From the NCBI GenBank assembly GCA_963826355.1, contig CAWGWX010000015.1:1400-65399 (forward strand): a stretch of DNA of 64,000 nt, written 5' to 3'. The position numbers were made by a program, and so were the translations under genes. Below, piece by piece: positions 46,419 through 55,787 of this stretch. The notes under the pieces were generated by a model. The model was not told the origin of the DNA. It did not search any database and saw nothing but the letters and a program-made list of their open reading frames with translations. The number at the start of each line of letters is the position of its first letter. The stretch's first letter is position 1. This DNA is from Nitrospirota bacterium. Lineage in GTDB: Bacteria > Nitrospirota > Thermodesulfovibrionia > Thermodesulfovibrionales > SM23-35.

Positions 46419-48728
46419 ATGAGATTGAAATTTCTTATCGTCTTTGTAGTCATTTCGATTATCCTCGGAGCCTCTGTCGGAGGTTATTTTGCAATCGGAA
46501 GAGGAATTCCCTCTATTGAAGAACTGAAGCAATACAGGCCTACAGCAGGAACGAAGATATATGCTGCTGATGATGTCCTCCTCGGGGAGCTGAAGGTAGA
46601 AAAGGGCATATTTGTTCCGATCAATAAGATTCCGGAGCAGATGGTAAATGCTGTAATAGCTGTTGAAGACTCGAGATTCTGGAGACATAGAGGTATTGAT
46701 TACATTGCAATAATGAGAGCGCTTCTGAAAGACATCATCTCTGTAGGCTTTAAAGAGGGTGCGAGCACGATAACACAGCAGCTTGCAAAGGTAATGTTCC
46801 TTACGCCTGAGAAGACCCTTAAGAGAAAGCTCAGAGAGGCAGCACTTGCGATAAAGATTGAAAAAAACCTTGATAAGAAAGAGATACTCGAACTCTATTT
46901 GAATAAAATCTATTTTGGCCATGGTGCATATGGTGTTGAGATGGCTTCAAGGATTTATTTTGGAAAATCGGTAAGGGATATAACCCTTTCCGAGGCTGCA
47001 CTGATAGCGGGTCTCATAAGGGCACCTTTACTGTATTCCCCTTACAACGATCTTACAAAGGCTAAAGAGCGTCAACAGATTGTTCTTACAAGGATGGAGG
47101 ATGAAGGATATATTAAAAAGTCCGAGAAAGAGAACGCACTAAAACAGCCCATCTTTCTTTCGAGCGCGCGGGCTGGAATAGAAGCAAATAACTATTTCAC
47201 CGAGTATATAAGAAAATATCTTGAAGATAAATATGGCGAAGATCTCGTATATAGAGGAGGATTAAAGGTATATACGACACTCGAAAGGGATGCTCAATTA
47301 TCAGCAGCAAAGGCGCTCCAGCAGGGCCTCAGGGAACTCGACAAGAGAAGAGGATGGCGAGGGCCCTTAGAACATAGGAAAGACATCGACATCAAAAAAG
47401 AACTGAAAAGTAAGGAACTCATAACTACGGTAGTTGCCAATATAGGAGATATCTCCTCTGGGCTTGTTCTTAAGGTTACTGAAAAGGAAGCCCTGATAAA
47501 GACAAGGGGTATTGTTGGGAAACTCTCGATTGAAGATGCGAGGTGGGCATCTAAGGGTATTGATCCAAGGGGGGGCACGAGGAGCAAAATTTTGAAAGAT
47601 TTTAAGTTGACGCAGATACTGAGACCTGGAGATATTGTTAAGGTGAGCATTAAAACAATCAAGGACCATAATATCCAGCTTTCTCTTGAGCAGGAGCCTG
47701 AGGTAGAAGGAGCTGTTGTTGCCGTTGAGCCGAATACTGGATACATCAAGGTAATTATTGGTGGGTATGATTTTATCAAGAGTGAGTTTAACAGGGCGTT
47801 ATATGCAAAGCGACAGCCAGGTTCTGCTTTCAAGCCTATTATATACGCCTCTGCAATAGACGATGGCTTTACCCCGGCAAGCATTATTGTTGATGAACCT
47901 GTGACCTACCCGGGTGGACCAGAAGGTGAATGGAAACCGGAAAACTATGACCATAAATTTTATGGGCCAACACGTCTGAGAGAGGCATTAACATACTCAA
48001 GAAATGTTGTCACCATAAAGTTGGTTGAGGCTATGGGAGTAAATAGGGTTATAGATTTTGCAAGAACGTTAGGTTTTCAGGGTGAGATGCCGAGGAATCT
48101 GACTATCTCACTGGGGTCTTTGAGTGTTACTCCCTTGGAACTTGCCTTGTGTTTCAATGTCTTTGCAAGCGGTGGGATGAAGGTTAAACCCATCGCAGTT
48201 AAATATATTACAGATTCAAAGGGGAGGGTCCTCGAAAGCAATGAACCAGAGGCGGAGGAGGTTATAAGTCCCCAGACTGCCTTCCTGATAACCTCGATGA
48301 TGGAGGATGTTGTAAAATATGGGACAGGGTGGAGGGCTAAAGCACTTGGAAGGCCTGTCGCTGGAAAGACGGGAACAACAAACGACTACAGAGACGCATG
48401 GTTTATAGGCTATACAACGGATTTGGTTGCTGCTGTCTGGGTCGGTTTTGATGATATGAGACCTCTCGGCCCTCTGGAGACAGGAGCTCGAGCAGCATCT
48501 CCCATCTGGGTTTCTTTTATGAAGAGTGCAGTAAAAGGTGAACCGCAAGAATTCTCCCTACCTGATGAGGGGATAGTAAGTTATTCTATTGACCCTGCAA
48601 CAGGGCTTTTGTCAAGGGATGACGGTATAAAAGAATATTTTAAAAAGGGTACGGAGCCAAAACAATTTGCGCCGGCTACCTCTGTTTGGAAGATAAGGGA
48701 AGATCAAATAAACCCTAATTTTGATTAG
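46419..48728 (+). CDS. mrcA: class A penicillin-binding protein 1A (glycosyltransferase + transpeptidase)
   Basis: 769 aa. GT51 motifs AVEDSRFWRHRGID, GASTITQQLAK, RKLREA. Transpeptidase motifs SAFKP, SRN, KTGTTND. Confidence 0.95.
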   Translation: MRLKFLIVFVVISIILGASVGGYFAIGRGIPSIEELKQYRPTAGTKIYAADDVLLGELKVEKGIFVPINKIPEQMVNAVIAVEDSRFWRHRGIDYIAIMRALLKDIISVGFKEGASTITQQLAKVMFLTPEKTLKRKLREAALAIKIEKNLDKKEILELYLNKIYFGHGAYGVEMASRIYFGKSVRDITLSEAALIAGLIRAPLLYSPYNDLTKAKERQQIVLTRMEDEGYIKKSEKENALKQPIFLSSARAGIEANNYFTEYIRKYLEDKYGEDLVYRGGLKVYTTLERDAQLSAAKALQQGLRELDKRRGWRGPLEHRKDIDIKKELKSKELITTVVANIGDISSGLVLKVTEKEALIKTRGIVGKLSIEDARWASKGIDPRGGTRSKILKDFKLTQILRPGDIVKVSIKTIKDHNIQLSLEQEPEVEGAVVAVEPNTGYIKVIIGGYDFIKSEFNRALYAKRQPGSAFKPIIYASAIDDGFTPASIIVDEPVTYPGGPEGEWKPENYDHKFYGPTRLREALTYSRNVVTIKLVEAMGVNRVIDFARTLGFQGEMPRNLTISLGSLSVTPLELALCFNVFASGGMKVKPIAVKYITDSKGRVLESNEPEAEEVISPQTAFLITSMMEDVVKYGTGWRAKALGRPVAGKTGTTNDYRDAWFIGYTTDLVAAVWVGFDDMRPLGPLETGARAASPIWVSFMKSAVKGEPQEFSLPDEGIVSYSIDPATGLLSRDDGIKEYFKKGTEPKQFAPATSVWKIREDQINPNFD

Positions 48729-48737
48729 GAGGTTTCC

Positions 48738-49022
48738 ATGAGAATCTCTGCTTTAGTTTTAATCACTCTCATTCTTATGTGCTCAATAGTTTTTGCAGAA
48801 GTCAGTAATTATAAAGATGCACTGTCCCTTTATCAGAAAGGAAATTATAAGGCTGCCGCTCAAAATCTGAAGGAACGTGTTGAGAATAACCCTGACCCTT
48901 ATGCCTACTACCTCCTCGGCTATGCCAACTATAAGATGAAGAAACATTCTGAGGCAATGAAGTACTTCAGAGAAACCTACATCCTTGATCCCACTTTTAC
49001 GCCTCCGCCGCTTAAAAAGTAG
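48738..49022 (+). CDS. small secreted TPR-like protein
   Basis: 94 aa. Signal peptide, then YQKGNYKAAAQNL...YYLLGYANYKMKKHSEAMKYF. Confidence 0.5.
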   Translation: MRISALVLITLILMCSIVFAEVSNYKDALSLYQKGNYKAAAQNLKERVENNPDPYAYYLLGYANYKMKKHSEAMKYFRETYILDPTFTPPPLKK

Positions 49023-49030
49023 AATTGTTG

Positions 49031-50423
49031 ATGATCAATCCTGCAATCTTCAGAGAGTATGACATCCGTGGCATATGGGAGAAAGACCTTACAGAGGAGG
49101 TTATCGAAAGGATAGGAAAGGCTCTTTGCGGTTTATCTGAGGAATGCTCTCAAAAAAGGGAAAATAACAGTCAGCATTGGGAGAGATATAAGGCTCAGTT
49201 CTTCTATTATCATGAAGTCCCTCTCACGAGGACTTCTCAGCAGCGGCATTGATATTATAGATATTGGCGTATGCCCAACCCCTGTACAGTATTTCTCTCT
49301 CTTTTACCTCCCTGTTGATGGAGGAGTAATGATTACAGGGAGCCACAACCCCCCGAATTTAACGGTATGAAAATCAGTGTGGGTAAAGAGACATTATATG
49401 GGGAAAAGATACAGGACGTAAGAAGGATATCTGAAAGAGGTGATTTTGTCAAGGGTATAGGAAAGGCAGAGGTTTATGAGATAATGCCTGTCTATATGAA
49501 ACACCTTAAGAATAGTTTCCCTCCACTTCAATGGGATAAAGGTAGTTGTTGATGCGGGTAACGGTACAGCCGGCCTTGTTGCGCCACAACTTATGAGGGA
49601 TCTCGGCTGTGAAGTAATAGAACTCTATTGCGACCCTGATGGGAATTTCCCGAACCACCATCCAGACCCTATTGTCATGGAGAATTTAAAGGACCTCATT
49701 GCAAAGGTTGTGTCCTCAGGTGCAGACATTGGCATGGGGTATGACGGAGATGCTGATAGGATAGGAGTTATCAGTGATAAGGGCGAGGTGATTTGGGGAG
49801 ACAAGCTGATGATTATATTTGCAAGGGACATTATCGAGAAGCAAAAGGCAGAGGGGATTCACGAGAAGCCAATTTTTATTGGCGATGTTAAATGTTCTCA
49901 AATCATGTATGAAGAAATAGCAAGGCTCGGAGGAAATCCTATCATGTGGAAGACCGGCCACTCACTCATAAAGCATAAGGTAAAGGAGACAGGTGCTCTC
50001 CTCGGTGGAGAGTTGAGCGGACACTTATTCTTTGCTGACAGGTATTTTGGATATGACGATGCTATATACGCAAGTCTGAGACTTCTCGAGATAATCTCTA
50101 AATCTGGCAGACCTTATTCGATAGAGCGACTGCTCAGTGATGTCCCCAAAACCGTCTCGACCCCTGAGATAAGAGTCGAATGTCCTGATGATATAAAGTT
50201 CGAAGTAGTCAAAAGGGTCAAAGAGGCATTCAGAGATTACCCCTTTAATGACATTGACGGTATAAGGATTCATTTTGATAGGGGATGGGGGCTTCTCAGG
50301 GCCTCAAACACCCAGCCAGCACTTGTGCTGAGGTTCGAGGCAAAAGATGAAGATTCTCTCAGAGAGATAAAGGAGCTTGTCGAGGGAAAACTCAATCATG
50401 TAATGGCAGAATTTAACCCGTAA
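49031..50423 (+). CDS. phosphomannomutase/phosphoglucomutase, reading frame broken three times (~49120, ~49355, ~49520-49545)
   Basis: Pieces in three frames join to ...FREYDIRG...IGK/LFAVYLRNALKKGKITVSIGRD...TGSHNPP/EFNGMKI.../IKVVVDAGNGTAG...GYDGDADR...GELSGH. The active-site TGSHNPPEFNG is only restored by adding 1 nt after the C6 run. Confidence 0.85.
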
Positions 50424-50632
50424 CCCCCTCTTTCCCCCTTAAGTTAAGGGGGATGAAAGGGGGTTACCCGACAAGTCGGGAATGACACTGAAAACAAATA
50501 TTCAATTTCAAACGCCCTGCGGTCTCTGCCGCAGGGTTCTTCACGAAAATAAGTAATCCCCCCATCCCCCCTTTAGCAAAGGGGGGTGAGGGGGGATTTG
50601 ATAATTCATTTTCAGGACAAATACTGTATCTG
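50424..50632. repeat. GC-run hairpin / MITE-like repeat block
   Basis: ccccctctttccccctt-aagtt-aagggggatgaaaggggg; cccgacaagtcgggaatgaca; ctgcggtctctgccgcagggttcttcac..aatccccccatcccccc..ggggggtgaggggggatttga (shared with 43727-43905). Confidence 0.8.
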
Positions 50633-50676
50633 CCAATAATTTTGTGAAAAATCTGGTTAGCATAGTTCGGGTTTTA

Positions 50677-51111
50677 TTATCTTTTTTTCTGAATGGTCTT
50701 AGATAAAAAAACAACACAGCTCTCACATGCCTTTGAAGACCCTTTCCGGCATATAGTCTTGTTCAGTTCCCAGCATGGCTTTACCCTTTCTACATGGGCT
50801 GAGCACTTGTCCCTTTCCTTCTCTGGACAGCCTGTTAGTTCCCAGCATGGTGCATAATCAAGGAGCTTTTTAATCCCTTCAATACTGATCTTTTTGTTAT
50901 GGATAAGGTCTCTCAGACATTGGAGCCATTTTAGGTCATTCTCGGAGTAATATCTGTTTCGATTCCTTCTGGCAGGCTTGATCAGGCCATGTTTTTCATA
51001 AAGCCGGATTGTCTGATCTGTAGTCCCTATGAGCTCTGCAACAACCCCTATAGGATAAAGGGGCATACCCTTCTTTTCTTCTTCGGTAAATTCCGAAATT
51101 ACTTTTTTCAT
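50677..51111 (-). CDS. MerR-family transcriptional regulator with a Cys-rich C-terminal domain (duplicated PCWEL motif)
   Basis: 144 aa. HTH YPIGVVAELIGTTDQTIRLYEKHGLI. C-terminus APCWELTGCP...KCS...KPCWELNKTIC...ACESC (7 Cys). Confidence 0.8.
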   Translation of the reverse strand: MKKVISEFTEEEKKGMPLYPIGVVAELIGTTDQTIRLYEKHGLIKPARRNRNRYYSENDLKWLQCLRDLIHNKKISIEGIKKLLDYAPCWELTGCPEKERDKCSAHVERVKPCWELNKTICRKGSSKACESCVVFLSKTIQKKR

Positions 51112-51261
51112 GTTCTTTTTAGTATTTTACTATAGATAAGATGTTTTTTTAAAAGATATTGGATCCTTAGATTGATCTCCCCCTCCAATTCAGTGAACAA
51201 TGCGGCTAACCAGGGGAGTCACTCCCCCCTTTGATTATATATTTTTTTATGATATAAACTC

Positions 51262-51290
51262 TTGACTTTTCAGGGGGGCCTATGTATGAT
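51262..51290 (+). promoter_or_regulatory. sigma70-type promoter of atpBE (TTGACT-17-TATGAT)
   Basis: -35 at 51262-51267 coincides with the TTG start used by the ORF track. -10 at 51285-51290. SD GAGGAGG precedes the ATG at 51331. Confidence 0.5.
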
Positions 51291-51330
51291 AACTCTGATT
51301 TTTTCTGATTTTCCCCGCGAGGAGGTAACT

Positions 51331-52020
51331 ATGACTTTAGAAGAGAAACTTTTAATGGATGTTATTATTAATCCTGAGGAAATACCCCACAATGTTAGCT
51401 ATGCCATTCTTGCATCAATAATTTTAATAGTTTCGGCTCTTGTCGTAAGAAGATCTATGCGTTTGGTGCCTGTAGGTTTCCAGAATTTCATGGAGACAAT
51501 AGCCGATATATTCCTCAAATTATCCGAGGATAATATAGGCCACCACTGGGGTAAACACTTCTTCCCTCTCCTCTGCACACTCTTTATGTTCATCCTTGTC
51601 TGTAATATCATGGGTCTTATCCCTGGATTTGCCTCCCCTACAAGTAACATCAATACAAATGCAGCAATGGCAATTCCTGTTTTTCTTGCAACCCATTATT
51701 ATGGTATCAGGGCTCATGGTATTAAATACATTTACCATTTTGTCGGTCCTATCCGTTCCATCGTAGCACTGCCGCTTATGATACTCATGTTTATCATAGA
51801 ATTCATTGGTCATCTTGTAAGGCCGGTCACCCTTTCTGTCAGGCTTTTTGGAAACATGCTTGCAAAACATATAATTCTTGCTGTACTTGCTTTTCTGGCT
51901 CCAGTGATTGTCCCAACACTCATATTAGCGCTAGGCACACTCGTTAGTTTCATACAGGCATTTGTCTTTACCCTTTTAGCTACCCTTTATTTAGCCGGTG
52001 CCGTTGAAGAGGCACATTAA
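51331..52020 (+). CDS. atpB: F-type ATP synthase subunit a
   Basis: 229 aa from ATG 51331. Essential-Arg region VRPVTLSVRLFGNMLAKH. Confidence 0.93.
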   Translation: MTLEEKLLMDVIINPEEIPHNVSYAILASIILIVSALVVRRSMRLVPVGFQNFMETIADIFLKLSEDNIGHHWGKHFFPLLCTLFMFILVCNIMGLIPGFASPTSNINTNAAMAIPVFLATHYYGIRAHGIKYIYHFVGPIRSIVALPLMILMFIIEFIGHLVRPVTLSVRLFGNMLAKHIILAVLAFLAPVIVPTLILALGTLVSFIQAFVFTLLATLYLAGAVEEAH

Positions 52021-52395
<375 letters not shown>

Positions 52396-52435
52396 GCAGT
52401 TCATCTCCTGATAAAGGGAGATTGCGTTTTTATAA

Positions 52436-52467
52436 AAGGGGCAGTCAATCTGCCCCTTTTATATTTT
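52436..52467 (+). terminator. rho-independent terminator after atpE
   Basis: aaggggcag / ctgcccctt stem, loop tcaat, then a T-rich tail. Confidence 0.85.
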
Positions 52468-52532
52468 CGAAATATTTCCACCTCTGTATGACATCAGGGC
52501 TTTCAAGCAGCACCTCGTGAAGAAATCAAAAG

Positions 52533-52961
52533 TCACATATCTCCTATCCACCTTACCCATTTCAGGTCTTTTTTGACTGCATTGAATAGTTCTTTATCTG
52601 CGGTGATCAAAGGTACACCTTCCTCACCAGCTATAGCTATGTAGCTGGCATCATAGGTTGATCGATTATAAACCTCGCAGTAATGCAAAACACTGGGGAA
52701 AAGATGGGAAATATTTTTTAGCTCAAATTCTAAATCTATAAACCCTTCTATAGCTGTGAGAATCGTTTCCTCTTTGATTCTCCCTATTTTTTGGGCGATT
52801 ATTAATCCATTAATTACTTCATATTCCAATAACGAAGGAGCAAGAAGCTCTAATTCATTTGACATATATTTATCTAATAAACTTACAGCTTTTTGACTGT
52901 GTTTTTCATCAGAGAGATACCATTTTAAAACTACACTTGCATCTATGACTGCTCGTTTCAT
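52533..52961 (-). CDS. vapC: PIN-domain toxin (VapC-like)
   Basis: 142 aa. VIDASVVLKW N-terminus and DASYIAIA. 4-nt overlap with the upstream antitoxin. Confidence 0.8.
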   Translation of the reverse strand: MKRAVIDASVVLKWYLSDEKHSQKAVSLLDKYMSNELELLAPSLLEYEVINGLIIAQKIGRIKEETILTAIEGFIDLEFELKNISHLFPSVLHYCEVYNRSTYDASYIAIAGEEGVPLITADKELFNAVKKDLKWVRWIGDM

Positions 52962-53224
52962 GGCCTTTTTCCCAACTGTTTTCTGGATTCTTTAAAAACC
53001 TCATCTGCGCTGATACCTGCTTTTAAGAAAGTTCCCCTGGTCTCCATAATTTTCCTATAGCCCTCTAATCGTTTGGAGTAATAATATTCCTTATAAGGAA
53101 CAATCACCGCTACAGGCTTCCCTCTCTTTGTCACAACGATCTCCCCTTTATTTTTAAGAGCATTCTGTATCAAGCGACTGAAACCCTTCTTCCCTTCAGC
53201 AATACTAACAGTTGTTGCTTTCAT
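52958..53224 (-). CDS. Phd/YefM-family antitoxin
   Basis: 88 aa. VSIAEGKKGFSRLIQ...GEIVVTKRGKPVAVIVPYKEY. Confidence 0.8.
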   Translation of the reverse strand: MKATTVSIAEGKKGFSRLIQNALKNKGEIVVTKRGKPVAVIVPYKEYYYSKRLEGYRKIMETRGTFLKAGISADEVFKESRKQLGKRP

Positions 53225-53258
53225 ATGTTCTCCTTAATTGACCATTGATTATGACTAA

Positions 53259-53288
53259 ATTATATAGACTTAAATGATATCCTGTCAA
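53259..53288 (-). promoter_or_regulatory. sigma70 promoter of the phd-vapC pair (TTGACA-18-TATAAT) with a downstream operator-like sequence
   Basis: Minus strand: TTGACA is 53288-53283 and TATAAT is 53264-53259. aatcaatggtcaatt lies between the -10 and the SD. Confidence 0.55.
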
Positions 53289-53346
53289 GATGACCAATTC
53301 GCTCACTCCCCCTTTCTATCAACTAAACGCTTCATCAAAGTTTTAA

Positions 53347-53409
53347 CAGTTTATGGGGTTTCTTGAGTTTCTTGGGTTTTTTGAGTTTTTAGTGTTTACT
53401 TAGTTTTGG
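53347..53409. repeat. 9-bp tandem array (~7 units, GTTT-core family)
   Basis: cagtttatg gggtttctt gagtttctt gggtttttt gagttttta gtgtttact tagttttgg. Confidence 0.85.
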
Positions 53410-53412
53410 ACA

Positions 53413-53858
53413 AAGGAGCCATATTATTTTAAGAGAAAAAAACTAAGAGACTACTTGGGAATAATTTTTTGAAGATAAAGCTTGGCCTCTTTGAGAAATT
53501 CTTCTTTTACCAATCTTTATGCCTTCTGTTAAAACATTTCTCATAAATGGTGTGGAAATAGATTTCAATCGATTAAACTCCGAAACAGTAAATATTTTTA
53601 AGGATATTAATCTACCGGTTGAAAGTAAAATATCAATACAGCATCATAGAGCTTACTGATAATCTTCCTGTCCTTTTTTTCAAGAACTATTAAAATGTCA
53701 TAGTCAGAATCAGGACGCCAGTCATCTCTGCATCTGGATCCAAATTGATACATTTCTATGATTTTTTTATTCAAGGGAGAAATCATATCCAAAAAAGTTA
53801 TTACTATCTCATCCTTCATTGCGATATTTCAATATACATGGTTTGAATAGTATAATTA
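53413..53858 (-). pseudogene. decayed duplicate of the MNT-HEPN cassette at 59414-60196 (HEPN internally deleted, MNT frameshifted)
   Basis: Near-identical to 59414-59505 plus 59849-60196. About 340 bp of the HEPN gene are missing. A 1-nt deletion (atcaatacagc versus atcaatcacagc) truncates MNT to the 70-aa ORF 53607-53819. Confidence 0.85.
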
Positions 53859-54131
53859 TTATTTAAGGATGGATTTCTTCATGTTCTCTTCGCTGTCCTC
53901 GTCTATTTCTCTATCTATCTCTTTCTGATGCTCATAATAATAAGAGATGGCATCATGGATCTGAGAAAGTGTCAGGTGCGGAAATTCTCGAGAGAGTTCC
54001 TCTGGTGAAAAACCGAGTTTATAATAGGCTATGATATTGGATACCCTTGTTCTTGTCCCGGTGATAATCGGTCTGCCACCACCTACATCTTCTCTGGAAG
54101 TTATATATGGATGAATAACCTTTACAGACAT
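53859..54131 (-). CDS. DUF433-domain protein (antitoxin-like), with no cognate partner adjacent
   Basis: 90 aa. GGRPIITGTRTRVSNIIAYYKLGFSPEELSREFPHLTLSQIHDAISYY. Confidence 0.75.
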   Translation of the reverse strand: MSVKVIHPYITSREDVGGGRPIITGTRTRVSNIIAYYKLGFSPEELSREFPHLTLSQIHDAISYYYEHQKEIDREIDEDSEENMKKSILK

Positions 54132-54169
54132 ATCAACCCCCTAAATATTGGCATATAAAAATATACCCT

Positions 54170-54305
54170 TTCATCGCAGAGTTAATCAAGCCTTCATTGT
54201 CGCCCATGTAATATGTAACCATATCGAGGGGCAGGTCTTAAAGAGTTCAGGCATCTCTACCACTTGGAGCTCGCCTGTACGATAGTTTTGAATGATTTGT
54301 TTCAT
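54170..54305 (-). pseudogene. possible N-terminal fragment of a bi-domain (ADH-GroES-like/Gfo-Idh-MocA type) oxidoreductase common in polysaccharide loci
   Basis: The minus frame from ATG 54305 reads MKQIIQNYRTGELQVVEMPE..., then degenerates across frames with stops. Confidence 0.3.
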
Positions 54306-54453
54306 AATTCTAAAAGGTTATGGGTTCCGCAGTTCACCTTGTGCTCTGTTGATTCCCTCAAGGTAGATATTAATATGCTTATTATTCCATCCCTCAGCAA
54401 TGTTTGCAGGAGCAGAGTTAGAAGACCGCCTTAATTGTGACCCAAGTTCATTT

Positions 54454-54523
54454 CACAAGGTTATATCCTTCCTGCCACTTTTTCTTTGATCAAGACGAGG
54501 TATTCATGAAAAGCTGTTTCGAT
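54454..54523. repeat. ~70-bp direct repeat, copy A (about 91% identical to 55715-55787, the 3' end of the ydcF-like gene)
   Basis: cacaaggttatatccttcctgccactttttctttgatcaagacgaggtattcatgaaaagctgtttcgat. It would encode ...IETAFHEYLVLIKEKVAGRI*. Confidence 0.85.
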
Positions 54524-54613
54524 TTTTTAAACACTATTCGCTCTTGGGTGGAATTTCATGATATTTCTTAACTAAGTGAGTGGCAAATTAAAAGAACTGT
54601 ACTGTTAACTCGC

Positions 54614-55033
54614 TTAATCCTTCAAAAACTCAAATATATGTCTTACGTACCTTTTGAAGTCTTCCTTATCTTTACGCACTCTATCTAAAAGGATATCAAG
54701 ATCTATCTTTTCATATCTATGCACCAGACGATTTCGGAGTCCAACAACAGGAGCTATTGTATTAGCGAAATCTTCCGGTAAAATTTTATTTTCACCAAGA
54801 ACCAGAAAGCTACTCTGAAAATCATCAGGAATGCGCAGGTGAGCATAACGGACAATGTGGTTATTGATATCTATCATTTCATCCACAATAAGCTGGAGTA
54901 TCCTTTCCAAAGCTCTCAGTTTCAAAAAATCTTTTTGGATTTCTTTATCGGGGTAAACCAAAACACCTTCTAATTCCTTAAAATATGCCTGGATATATGA
55001 TAATTTCGTCTCTACAAACAGTTTGTCAATCAT
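54614..55033 (-). CDS. hepT: HepT-type HEPN toxin (DUF86)
   Basis: 139 aa. R-x4-H motif in GLRNRLVHRYEKID. 4-nt overlap with the upstream MNT gene. Confidence 0.85.
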   Translation of the reverse strand: MIDKLFVETKLSYIQAYFKELEGVLVYPDKEIQKDFLKLRALERILQLIVDEMIDINNHIVRYAHLRIPDDFQSSFLVLGENKILPEDFANTIAPVVGLRNRLVHRYEKIDLDILLDRVRKDKEDFKRYVRHIFEFLKD

Positions 55034-55407
55034 CTGACAAATTCCTGTAACCTCTCATGGCGAATCTGAAAAAGAACTTCTGACTCTTTGAATTCGTAAA
55101 CGCTGACCAGCTCTAACTGGTACAAAAGCATCGGGTTCTTTTGATATAGAACTTTATAGTCTTTGAATATTTCTCTTTTTAATATGGGTGGAGCTGTTTT
55201 AATATCCACAAGGTCGATCTTATCCGTATGAAGTATGTTGCAGAGCTCGTATGTAATATTAATTTTTTCTGTTTCAGAGAGAACCTGTTTACTGTAAACA
55301 GCTATATCCATATCACTTTCAGGATGCAGACCACCTTGTACATGAGAGCCAAACAACAGGATTAGCTCTAATTTATACTTCTCTGCTAAATTTATAAACT
55401 TATTCAC
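55030..55407 (-). CDS. mntA: MntA-type nucleotidyltransferase antitoxin
   Basis: 125 aa. LFGSHVQGGLHPESDMDIAV. Confidence 0.85.
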   Translation of the reverse strand: MNKFINLAEKYKLELILLFGSHVQGGLHPESDMDIAVYSKQVLSETEKINITYELCNILHTDKIDLVDIKTAPPILKREIFKDYKVLYQKNPMLLYQLELVSVYEFKESEVLFQIRHERLQEFVR

Positions 55408-55714
55408 CTTCTTAGTTCTTTGGTCTAAAATTATATCACAATTTCAAAATCCATTTAAAAAGTAGCCTATCCCTTTTTACTTTCATACTTCAGCTGCTCC
55501 ACAAGGCAATATACAACCAGCCTGCCTTTAAGCTTGTTATTCTACTATGGGAAAAAGAGCCTGATGAATTAATGGAGCTAAATTAATAGAAATGTCTCGT
55601 TAACTACGATTCTTTCAAACGGACTTATAAGAGGAAAAGGCTGGATAAATTTCAAAAATAAAGTAGCTCATATTATCTTAACCTTTAACCTATTACCTAC
55701 CACCTATTACCTCT

Positions 55715-55787
55715 CACAAGGTTATATCCTTCCCGCCAGTTTTTCTTTGATCAAGGCGAAGTATTCATAAAAAGCTGCTTCGATCAT
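55715..55787. repeat. ~70-bp direct repeat, copy B (within the 3' end of the ydcF-like gene)
   Basis: cacaaggttatatccttcccgccagtttttctttgatcaaggcgaagtattcataaaaagctgcttcgat. Confidence 0.85.

Noticed and set aside
46332-46922. 196-aa minus-strand ORF overlapping the PBP1A start and promoter.
   Set aside because: It overlaps a confidently called gene and its consensus promoter. The translation has no recognisable features.
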